Positions 38,853 through 46,835 of a DNA stretch of 64,000 nt are shown one piece after another. Each line of letters opens with the position of its first letter. Positions within the stretch are counted from its first letter, which is position 1. The notes beneath the pieces are model-generated. The model was given only the letters and a program-made list of their open reading frames with translations, had not been told where the DNA came from and did not search any database. A program made the position numbers and the translations under genes. The stretch is from the IMG/VR virus record IMGVR_UViG_3300028591_000016; one strand, 5' to 3'. The stretch comes from an uncultured virus (IMG/VR IMGVR_UViG_3300028591_000016). Taxonomy: Duplodnaviria > Heunggongvirae > Uroviricota > Caudoviricetes.

Positions 38853-39227
38853 TCAAAGGAATCCACCGGACCACTTTGTACTCGTGGATTTCCATCCTGC
38901 AGCAGTATTGCCGTTTGCTTCATTGTAGATGTAAATATTGCCGGTGGATCCATCAATGTAGAACCATCCTTGTTTAGGGGTGATCGGAACGGGCATATTT
39001 ACAAAAACCTTCACGTTCGAGGGGCCCTCAGGCTGGGTGGGGTCGAACGCAGGGTTGGATATATTACATTTAGCGACTGGATCCGAAAAATACACAGCGT
39101 TCTCATTGAACCCATTCGGAAGATTTTCCATATCCAGTGTTGCCGGTGCTGTTCCGTTCCCCATCCAAAGCTTAGCGTAATATTTCTCTGCGATTAGCGT
39201 AACCACTGTTGCGTCTGCCATATTCAT
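38853..39227 (-). CDS. putative minor structural protein
   Basis: LWMGNGTAP...PKQGWFYIDGSTGNIYIY...W fibre/collar-like motif; own TATA box. Confidence 0.6.
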   Translation of the reverse strand: MNMADATVVTLIAEKYYAKLWMGNGTAPATLDMENLPNGFNENAVYFSDPVAKCNISNPAFDPTQPEGPSNVKVFVNMPVPITPKQGWFYIDGSTGNIYIYNEANGNTAAGWKSTSTKWSGGFL

Positions 39228-39258
39228 GCAATTAAAATATGGATTTATAAAGAATGGG

Positions 39259-39354
39259 TCAAAGATCGAAATAACCGCCTAGCGCAAGAACGATTGCGCC
39301 TATGATACCCACTAGGATTTCCATGACCATTACCGGCTCCATCGTATCACTCAT
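39259..39354 (-). CDS. 31-aa single-TM peptide, not in ORF track
   Basis: MSDTMEPVMVMEILVGIIGAIVLALGGYFDL; ATTAATAT box upstream. Confidence 0.5.
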   Translation of the reverse strand: MSDTMEPVMVMEILVGIIGAIVLALGGYFDL

Positions 39355-39436
39355 CTATCGATTTTCTTATGAGATATTAATGCTTTGGCCGAAACTCTGC
39401 CCTTAACTTATATACTCACACCTCTTTTCTCACAAT

Positions 39437-39976
39437 ATGTTTGACATTAACGCAAGGATGGAACAGTGGTCTGCCGCCAATCGCGTACATTCCACTGAAG
39501 AACTGACAAAATCACTCCAACAGCCCTCCGAGCCGACCGCAACGGAGCCTATGACAAGGAGTGCAAGCATCCAAGCTCGCGCCGCACCGTTCCGTAAGTC
39601 GAAAGGGCCTGTTTTTGACATCAACAGCCGTATGGATGCGTGGAACAAGTCCGAGAAGGCCGGCGACACCGCGACCTACCAGAATCTGTCCTCCAGCGAC
39701 CCCTTCAAGAAGGGTCTGGAGGAGCCTTCGGACGCTGTGCAGATGCTTAGCTCCATGCCGCCCGAGCTTGTGATGGATATGGTGGAGATGTGCCTGGAAA
39801 AACTCGGTTCTGCATCCGAAGAGCCTGGACCACAGGATGATTCCCCTGAATCTGAGCCTAGCCCTAAGGATGATGAACCTAAGGACAAGGATGAGTCCAA
39901 GTCTGATGAGAAATCCGAGTCTGATGAGTCGGATAAGCCAGACACAGAGGAAAAGGACGACAAGGATGCTGAGTGA
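39437..39976 (+). CDS. acidic putative internal head protein with FDINxRMxxW repeat
   Basis: FDINARMEQW and FDINSRMDAW; LTKS, MTRS, FRKS, WNKS sites; TTATATA promoter. Confidence 0.7.
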   Translation: MFDINARMEQWSAANRVHSTEELTKSLQQPSEPTATEPMTRSASIQARAAPFRKSKGPVFDINSRMDAWNKSEKAGDTATYQNLSSSDPFKKGLEEPSDAVQMLSSMPPELVMDMVEMCLEKLGSASEEPGPQDDSPESEPSPKDDEPKDKDESKSDEKSESDESDKPDTEEKDDKDAE

Positions 39977-39977
39977 C

Positions 39978-40511
39978 ATGACCTGGACATTCCTTGACAG
40001 ATTGGGCGCATGGAAGGATGCGACCCGTGAGCCGGAGAGGACCAGTTCCTTCCTCAGAAAAGCAGAGGTAGAAAAAGAGGAGAAACTCCCCGATAATCCT
40101 ACCACGGACAATACAGTCAATCCAGCGACCGAGGGCGCTCCGGAAATCCCTGTAGAAAGTATGAAACCGACTCCCACTCCCACAGACCACATGATCGAAA
40201 AGACCGAGGTCGAGAAGGGAGATGGTGAAGTAGACCCTCATGATGGATGCGGATGCCCCGTTTCCGCCGCACTCCATAGCATCAAAGAAGAAGCGGAAGC
40301 CGCTGACCTCTACAACAAGCGGGCAAACAAGGTCGATGACCCACATGCCCGCGAGGTCTATCGCGACATTGCAAAGGAGGAGATGGTCCACCTGGGAGAA
40401 GCTTCTCAACTCCTCGCGGAAGCTGACCCAGAGCTTGCCTCCGAAGTCCCCAAGGGGATGGAGGAGGCGAGCGGCTCCAAAGTTGCATTCAAAAGACCGA
40501 AAAGAGAGTGA
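39978..40511 (+). CDS. ferritin-like protein (encapsulin-cargo/rubrerythrin half-domain) with disordered N-terminus
   Basis: SIKEEAEAADLYNKRA...D...REVYRDIAKEEMVHLGEASQLL...DPE: E-x6-Y and EExxH di-iron motifs. Confidence 0.8.
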   Translation: MTWTFLDRLGAWKDATREPERTSSFLRKAEVEKEEKLPDNPTTDNTVNPATEGAPEIPVESMKPTPTPTDHMIEKTEVEKGDGEVDPHDGCGCPVSAALHSIKEEAEAADLYNKRANKVDDPHAREVYRDIAKEEMVHLGEASQLLAEADPELASEVPKGMEEASGSKVAFKRPKRE

Positions 40512-40754
40512 TCAACCGTGTCTATTATGGATCTCGATACTCGAGACCCTAAACCAATTCTCTTCAAGATAATCCAGGTCTTCTTTTGACAAAAGCCAGG
40601 GATATTTCTCGCAAAGAAGGGTGATTCCCGCCATATGGCCGCCGATCTCGGAAAGATGTATCCTCATCTGCTCTCTCACAGACCTGCCGAACGGTGATTT
40701 TAGGAACTCCTTAGGATTTGTGATCGGATCGAAGAATAGCTTATCCTCACTCAT
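40512..40754 (-). CDS. hypothetical protein (80 aa)
   Basis: MSEDKLFFDP..., coupled to upstream gene. Confidence 0.6.
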   Translation of the reverse strand: MSEDKLFFDPITNPKEFLKSPFGRSVREQMRIHLSEIGGHMAGITLLCEKYPWLLSKEDLDYLEENWFRVSSIEIHNRHG

Positions 40755-40911
40755 CTGCCTCGTCATCTTCCCGAAGGGAATATTGCACTTCCGCACCGCA
40801 TTTCGTGCAGTGCAGGAAGGTCACGATCCCTTCGCCTTCACCATAGACTTCGTCATAATTAAAATCACTGTCCCAACACAGCTCTCCTCCGCAATACCAA
40901 CATTCTGCCAT
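40747..40911 (-). CDS. Zn-ribbon microprotein (54 aa), not in ORF track
   Basis: MAECWYCGGELCWDSDF...LHCTKCGAEVQY. Confidence 0.7.
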   Translation of the reverse strand: MAECWYCGGELCWDSDFNYDEVYGEGEGIVTFLHCTKCGAEVQYSLREDDEADE

Positions 40912-40913
40912 GA

Positions 40914-40929
40914 ATATGATATATCATAT
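40914..40929. promoter_or_regulatory. 16-bp palindromic operator
   Basis: ATATGATATATCATAT, perfect palindrome, 2 nt from start codon at 40911. Confidence 0.6.
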
Positions 40930-40980
40930 CCGTATTTATGACTTCACACCGTTTAAATAGTCACACCAGGATTCAATAGC

Positions 40981-41283
40981 ATGACTGAAGACTCTGAGAT
41001 CGAGAAGATCGTCAAATCCGGAATTATGAGCTTTATGAAGGGGGAAAAGATAGAGGAGCCTGTCGACAAGGCAAATGAGGACGAGACCCCCGCCGAGGAA
41101 CCGATTGCTGACGCGCCTGGTGAAGCAAACTCCCCAGAGACTGCGGAGGATATCCCTGCCGAAAAGGAAGAGATTACGCGTGAGGATCTTTTCGAAAGAT
41201 GCACCGGCATGCCCATTGATGAGGCGTCAGAAGACGTGATCATGTCCGCAATCGAGGACGGGCTGACCGCATTGGGGCTTTAA
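40981..41283 (+). CDS. acidic putative internal head protein
   Basis: IVKS, FMKG, VDKA sites; TTTAAATA promoter. Confidence 0.65.
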   Translation: MTEDSEIEKIVKSGIMSFMKGEKIEEPVDKANEDETPAEEPIADAPGEANSPETAEDIPAEKEEITREDLFERCTGMPIDEASEDVIMSAIEDGLTALGL

Positions 41284-41303
41284 GCTCACAAACCCTTTTA
41301 TAA

Positions 41304-41323
41304 GATATATCATATGATATATC
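41304..41323. promoter_or_regulatory. 20-bp palindromic operator
   Basis: GATATATCATATGATATATC, between TTTTATAA box and ATG 41324. Confidence 0.65.
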
Positions 41324-41569
41324 ATGTCTTCTTTAACTAAACCGAGGTTGGTGTGGTGCCCCACTTGCAAAAAGTGGTCTCGTGCACCAGCCTCAGACGA
41401 GAATATATGCGCATATTGCGGTCTGGTGAGCACCAAATGCCGCTGTACGCGCTGCGGGAAGGAATGGACCCCGCGCAAACCCATCAAGGAAGGGCAGCCA
41501 GCACAATGCTACTCCTGCAATTCCCCCTATTTTGATAGAGAAAGAACAAGAAAAGGTGAAAAACAATGA
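41324..41569 (+). CDS. double Zn-ribbon protein
   Basis: CPTC..CAYC..CTRCGKEWTPR...CYSCNSPYF. Confidence 0.75.
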   Translation: MSSLTKPRLVWCPTCKKWSRAPASDENICAYCGLVSTKCRCTRCGKEWTPRKPIKEGQPAQCYSCNSPYFDRERTRKGEKQ

Positions 41570-42285
41570 AAATACCATGCAAACCGCTTTCGGATATCCT
41601 GGATGTCCTGAAATCGATGTCTATTGATACTGTGACCATCGTTCCGACCCCCGAAGGGTGGGAATTCTATGTCAGGGACCCGTCCAACTTCATGATGGTC
41701 TCGGCAATCCTGAAGAAGGACGCCTTTGAAGAGAATGAATATGACCCAGAGATGGAGCCTTTCGCTGTAAACTACGATTTCCTCAGGGATTCCATCGCCA
41801 AACGCGATTCCATCGACCTGACGGTCGAGGATGGCTTCATGAGGATCACTGCGGGGAACACAAAGGCCAAGAAACGCCTCTACTCCCTCGATGAAACCCC
41901 GAGGATAATGCCCAAGATCAAACTCAAGAACTCTGTGGCCTTCACTTCAGACGTCCTAATCGAGCTGGCAAGCAAAAAGTACTGGTCCGGTGCAGACGGA
42001 TGCGAACTGGGCCTCCAAGTGGATACGTCCGAAACAGAGATCAAATTCTCATTCGAATCGGAGAGTGAGGGGTATGCAGACACTTATCCTGTACCTCTTG
42101 CAGATATGCCAGATGGCCCTCAGAAGAGCCATTTCTCACCGGCATTCCTGCTCCCTGTGCTCAAGGCTCTCCCGAAGGGGGTAGCTGCGATATTCACGAT
42201 GGAAACGGATAAACCGCTTATCGTAACACTGACCACCGATGAATACAAAATCGATATATTCATCGCGCCTCGTATAGGAGAATGA
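41566..42285 (+). CDS. pcn: PCNA sliding clamp (archaeal type)
   Basis: 239 aa; RDPSNFMMVSAILKKDAFE, DKPL.V, C-terminal IFIAPRI. Confidence 0.9.
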   Translation: MKIPCKPLSDILDVLKSMSIDTVTIVPTPEGWEFYVRDPSNFMMVSAILKKDAFEENEYDPEMEPFAVNYDFLRDSIAKRDSIDLTVEDGFMRITAGNTKAKKRLYSLDETPRIMPKIKLKNSVAFTSDVLIELASKKYWSGADGCELGLQVDTSETEIKFSFESESEGYADTYPVPLADMPDGPQKSHFSPAFLLPVLKALPKGVAAIFTMETDKPLIVTLTTDEYKIDIFIAPRIGE

Positions 42286-42289
42286 TACA

Positions 42290-42607
42290 ATGATAGAATA
42301 CCGTGCAGCAATACACACAACGAACAACTACTATTATGTAGAATGCAAGTCCAAGGAAGAAACAGAGCAGGTCATCAGCAGGTGGGCGGGTCTGATCGAG
42401 GCTTCGGACGACCCGTACAAGTTCCTCGAATACAAGCCGTTCTGCTATGTCCGCTTCGACCAGATCGTGGGCATCGAACTTATCGAATGGGATCAGTCCA
42501 TGGCTGAATACAAGCCATACTGGGATGAGGAGGGGCAGACCAGACTGGACGACTTTGCCACGTTCGACAGCAGCACCACTTCTGCCACAAAATCTGAGGA
42601 GGAGTGA
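42290..42607 (+). CDS. hypothetical protein with candidate PIP box
   Basis: QTRLDDF near the C-terminus. Confidence 0.7.
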   Translation: MIEYRAAIHTTNNYYYVECKSKEETEQVISRWAGLIEASDDPYKFLEYKPFCYVRFDQIVGIELIEWDQSMAEYKPYWDEEGQTRLDDFATFDSSTTSATKSEEE

Positions 42608-42609
42608 AC

Positions 42610-42999
42610 ATGGCCGATGACAGCAAGGCCATCCTGAGGATCCTTGAACCTGCATACAAGGGCGCGCTGGCATATCTGGACGCGTACGGGGAGGCGGGAC
42701 TGAGGATCCTCCGTCTGATCGATGCGCCCTGTCTCAAAGAGAAGTCGAGGTGCATCTGGTCGTACAAACAGGCCGTGCTGTCGGGTGCCAAGGAAGCGGA
42801 TGTCCAGAAGAGCTGGGTCAAAGAGGCCCTGAATGCGGGGGACAGACTTGGCGTGCTGATGATCCATGGCACGGTCCGCAAGACCGTGTGGATCACCCCT
42901 ATCGGGGCCCGCCTTGCGGGAATCGGCACGCTCAACGAGGCGAAAGCGTTCGTAACGATAAAAAGATCAAAGAAAAAGGAGGAAGACGATGAAAGTTGA
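42610..42999 (+). CDS. hypothetical protein (possible wHTH)
   Basis: GGAGG RBS; VWITPIGARLA. Confidence 0.65.
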   Translation: MADDSKAILRILEPAYKGALAYLDAYGEAGLRILRLIDAPCLKEKSRCIWSYKQAVLSGAKEADVQKSWVKEALNAGDRLGVLMIHGTVRKTVWITPIGARLAGIGTLNEAKAFVTIKRSKKKEEDDES

Positions 43000-43099
43000 A
43001 TATAGCAGTGAGTATCTGGAAGAGCTGGCGGACTGCGCAGAGAGAATCCAGAAGGATTTTGAAGAAGCAATCAAACTGGCACATGAGGTGAAAGAATGA
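42989..43099 (+). CDS. 36-aa microprotein, not in ORF track
   Basis: MKVEYSSEYLEELADCAERIQKDFEEAIKLAHEVKE; GGAGG RBS. Confidence 0.55.
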   Translation: MKVEYSSEYLEELADCAERIQKDFEEAIKLAHEVKE

Positions 43100-43320
43100 G
43101 CAACTATCGCATCAGAGCATACACGGAGAAGGGTCTGGAAGTGATGAAGGTCCCTTTCGACCAGAAGCCGGACATGGAGGCCTACTGGGCCAAGCTGATG
43201 ACAGCGGAAGGTCTGGCGGTGTTCGCGAGGATCGGGTACGTCATCGTATCCAAGGAGTACCAGACCCAGGGAGGCAACTGGGAGACGGAGATGTGCACAC
43301 CGGTGGAGGTGAAGGAGTGA
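43096..43320 (+). CDS. hypothetical protein
   Basis: GAGGTGA RBS; ATGA-coupled. Confidence 0.7.
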   Translation: MSNYRIRAYTEKGLEVMKVPFDQKPDMEAYWAKLMTAEGLAVFARIGYVIVSKEYQTQGGNWETEMCTPVEVKE

Positions 43321-43715
43321 AGGCCCCCAAGAAATACCTTGAGCTGGTGATCTTCAAGGGAGACCTCACCCAAGATGGTGCGGTCTTCCGCATGAATCAG
43401 ATGAAGATACTCATGCAGGCTGCCGCAGAACTCCGCGGAGTGCAATATCAGGAGGACTCTGGCTCATACGCCATCTTCGGTCCCTCGGAGAAGATCCACG
43501 AGGGCGATGAGATGGCCCAGGCCTTCCGCAAGAAGGTACTTTCCAAGGTGGACGTCTGCGGATTCTTCGGAGAAGCGGAGATCAAGGCAAAGGTACAGGT
43601 CGTCATCAAACTGGCACAGGAGCAGGAGCTGTCCTGCGGTGCAGACCTCATCCACATCCTTGCAGAGGACCTGCTCATGCAGAATCTGTATTCCCTTAAA
43701 GAGTGGGCTGCATAA
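43317..43715 (+). CDS. hypothetical protein
   Basis: GGAGGTGA RBS, GTG start. Confidence 0.7.
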   Translation: MKAPKKYLELVIFKGDLTQDGAVFRMNQMKILMQAAAELRGVQYQEDSGSYAIFGPSEKIHEGDEMAQAFRKKVLSKVDVCGFFGEAEIKAKVQVVIKLAQEQELSCGADLIHILAEDLLMQNLYSLKEWAA

Positions 43716-43760
43716 GCTCCCTCAAACCTTTTTATATATTTATCACCCCATTTGCTATAC

Positions 43761-46700
43761 ATGGCAGATCCGACTGAAGAGCTTACGCCCGTGCTCGTTC
43801 CTTTTGAAAAGGCCGCAACATATAACCAGTTCAAGGCACAGAACAAAGACTACGACTTAGACACGCTTTATAACATGTCAAATGACCCAAATCAACACGA
43901 GCGTACGAGGGGATATGCCAAACAAATGATCCAGGAGATAAAGGACAACGACCAAAAATACGGGGGTCATTTCAAAGGAGTGATCGATAAGGCCGAGAAT
44001 GACTCCAAAATGGCGGAATACTGGAAACAGCATACGGGAGCGGATCATCCTGTTCAAACAACACCCGAACCGGTCAACAGAGTTCCTCAGTCCCAACACC
44101 CTTCCTATTCTGACGGATCTACCTCTAATGCGCCCACAGCAGCGGCTACCTCTACCTCGACCGCAACAAAACAAAAGAAAAAGCATAAGGACTGGAGAGA
44201 CAAGAGGGACTGGAGCGACTCCAGTGTAGATCTGGCCGGAGGAGTTGCGATGGGGGCAAACACTGCAGGATCCATAGCCGGAGGACTTGCAACCGCAGGA
44301 GATGCGACCCGTAAGATGATGCAGGGCGTACTCAACCCCGGCCTTATGGGGCAGGGTGCAGCCGAAGGCATGCTCGGCGCAGTCGACACTATGGTCACAC
44401 CTACTAAAGAGTCCAGAGCCAGACAGAATAATCTGGTAGATGCGGCTCAACTGACTACCAACCGTAAGGAGCTGATGGACCAAATCAAGGCGATCCAAAA
44501 TAACAATGAACTGAAGGCTACGATGGAGGAACAGGCCAAACTAATGTTCCAAAACACACAGTGGTCTTCGATGTATGATAATCCCAATCTCCTACCGAGC
44601 CAATATAAGACCTTCATCAATGATTACCAGAACAATCTCTCCGCACTGGTCCAATATTGGAGAAACCAAGGCATGCCCGAGGAACTGATAAAGGACGTTG
44701 CAAAGGCATACTACTCTCCCTTAGAGATTGCAATGTACAATAATGAGTACACTACCGTCACAGAGCCGACGAATGAAAAGAGGCAAAAGACCGCAGACAA
44801 CGAGGCGGATGTTGCCACAGCCAATGCTGCGGCGATCAATAATGTTGCAACGAACATCCAATCTAATTTCGCACAGATTAAAAATAACCCTAAATTGGGC
44901 TTTGCATCCGGATATCTGGACTGGGCCCTTAAAAACGGATACGCCACTCGCGATATCCCCTCTGGTCAGATAATCCCGAAGGATAAGGATCTATTCATAG
45001 ACGGACAGGGCAACACGATAGACTCCCCCAACTTCAATGCGAATACCGCCAAGGTGAATTATGGCGCGAACGGATCCACCCTCAACGACTTCATCTCCTA
45101 CCTCAAGTCCACCGGTGACCCGAACAACCTTAAATGGGCTGCAAAGCTGGGCGCAGACAAGATGAAATATGACGATGAGGAGAAGAAATTCAGGGAAATG
45201 CCCGTGTCCCAATATTACGAGGACAATTTCAAGCGCAGCATAGGCAGATCCAAACTAAGCAAGAACAATAATGCAAAGAAGGACCTGAGAAAAACCCAAG
45301 CTACCGTAGAGTCAAGGATATTCGAAAGATATGGAGCATCCCTTGGATTAAGTGCGGAACAGGTCAGGTCCCTTGCGAACAATGGCGGACTCGCATCTAC
45401 CTCGATAGATGATTATGACGCTTTGAAAAAGGTACATGGCGCGCTTGTGCAGGATAGGAACTCCAGAAAGGTCCTGGACTCTATTGCAAAGATCAATGAA
45501 AAAATAGGGAACGCTATGAATAATAATCAGGCGGTCCAACTTACCGATGCTGAACGTGAATTATACAGGGAGGAGCTGATCTACCAAAACCTATGTTACA
45601 GGCTTGCAGCCATGGAGAAGATTCGTGAACTGGACAATAATCTATCTTCCTTCGGCAGACGCTTCGATGCGGTCGGTAACAAGCCTGTTGATGAACAGGG
45701 ATACCCGGTCCACCTCTCGCAGATAGATACCCTCCACCGCTTCCGCGATATGGCCTATGCCGAACTGAAGAAGGGCTTGTATGCACTCAATGATGATATG
45801 GATGAGATTTATATGGCAACATATGACCCTGCCCACAGGTCTGCTGGCGGAATGATGGTGAACGGGAATAATATGGCCTTCCAGAAGTTCGGCAATACCC
45901 CCTCCACCTCGCAAGCCTGGCATCTCGCAAATATGGTGGTTACCGACCATAATTTTGCTAAAAAATGGGGCTCACTGGGCGATCCAGCCCTTGCAGGAAC
46001 AGAGGTATGGGGCCCAGGCTATGTAGGCAGCAACCCGGATAGACGTGTCCACTACAGACTTGACAAATTCATGAGTTTCATCAATAATGCCGCAGATATC
46101 TTGGGCGGACCGCATATCACGAATGATAATAACTTTGCAAACCCTACCCTCAGCGAAGAGGGGATGATCAACAAGGCCGGTACCAATCAGATCATCCAAA
46201 AGATGGGCAATATGATGGGCACAGGCCCAGGCAGCGCAAGTAATATCGTCAGCGGATTGTCAACCCCCAAAAATACAACTGGATCTTTTATCGATCCGTA
46301 TGTCATCTCCCGCTATGGTAACGGTGAATTCTTCTCCGATCCGCCCACCTCTCAGGACATAGCCTCGATCAAACAGATGAGAGACTCGCTGGATAACTTA
46401 CATAATGCGACGAATTCTTCCGGTTACCCTGTGTATTCTGATACTCAGTCCGCCGCGATGAAACAATATCGTGCAGAACTTGTTACGAATACCGCCGCCG
46501 CATACATCAGAGACCATATCACCAATGGTATACCCATGCAGCCTGTGATCGATGCATACCGGGCATATACGGGATCCACCGCTACGAACAATAATGTCGT
46601 AAGAGAGATTGAGAGTATCATCAATTCACAACTATTTGCCAGTATAAGCACCGCATTGCGTCTTGGAAAAGAGAATGACCCCACTGTTGAAGGTTACCTC

Positions 46701-46835
46701 GGAAAGAACTATGATGATTACATGGGCGCACCGGGCGTCAATACAGGTGGGACCTCTGTTGGACCTAACCAACTTCGGAGGAATCCACAAAAAGTACTTG
46801 GCCTGATGAACGCGCTATTTGACGTCATGGTCTGA
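43761..46835 (+). CDS. large putative internal virion or ejection protein (1024 aa)
   Basis: Own TTTATATA promoter; N-terminal FEKA site; Gly/Ala-rich segment; Asn-rich. Confidence 0.7.
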   Translation: MADPTEELTPVLVPFEKAATYNQFKAQNKDYDLDTLYNMSNDPNQHERTRGYAKQMIQEIKDNDQKYGGHFKGVIDKAENDSKMAEYWKQHTGADHPVQTTPEPVNRVPQSQHPSYSDGSTSNAPTAAATSTSTATKQKKKHKDWRDKRDWSDSSVDLAGGVAMGANTAGSIAGGLATAGDATRKMMQGVLNPGLMGQGAAEGMLGAVDTMVTPTKESRARQNNLVDAAQLTTNRKELMDQIKAIQNNNELKATMEEQAKLMFQNTQWSSMYDNPNLLPSQYKTFINDYQNNLSALVQYWRNQGMPEELIKDVAKAYYSPLEIAMYNNEYTTVTEPTNEKRQKTADNEADVATANAAAINNVATNIQSNFAQIKNNPKLGFASGYLDWALKNGYATRDIPSGQIIPKDKDLFIDGQGNTIDSPNFNANTAKVNYGANGSTLNDFISYLKSTGDPNNLKWAAKLGADKMKYDDEEKKFREMPVSQYYEDNFKRSIGRSKLSKNNNAKKDLRKTQATVESRIFERYGASLGLSAEQVRSLANNGGLASTSIDDYDALKKVHGALVQDRNSRKVLDSIAKINEKIGNAMNNNQAVQLTDAERELYREELIYQNLCYRLAAMEKIRELDNNLSSFGRRFDAVGNKPVDEQGYPVHLSQIDTLHRFRDMAYAELKKGLYALNDDMDEIYMATYDPAHRSAGGMMVNGNNMAFQKFGNTPSTSQAWHLANMVVTDHNFAKKWGSLGDPALAGTEVWGPGYVGSNPDRRVHYRLDKFMSFINNAADILGGPHITNDNNFANPTLSEEGMINKAGTNQIIQKMGNMMGTGPGSASNIVSGLSTPKNTTGSFIDPYVISRYGNGEFFSDPPTSQDIASIKQMRDSLDNLHNATNSSGYPVYSDTQSAAMKQYRAELVTNTAAAYIRDHITNGIPMQPVIDAYRAYTGSTATNNNVVREIESIINSQLFASISTALRLGKENDPTVEGYLGKNYDDYMGAPGVNTGGTSVGPNQLRRNPQKVLGLMNALFDVMV

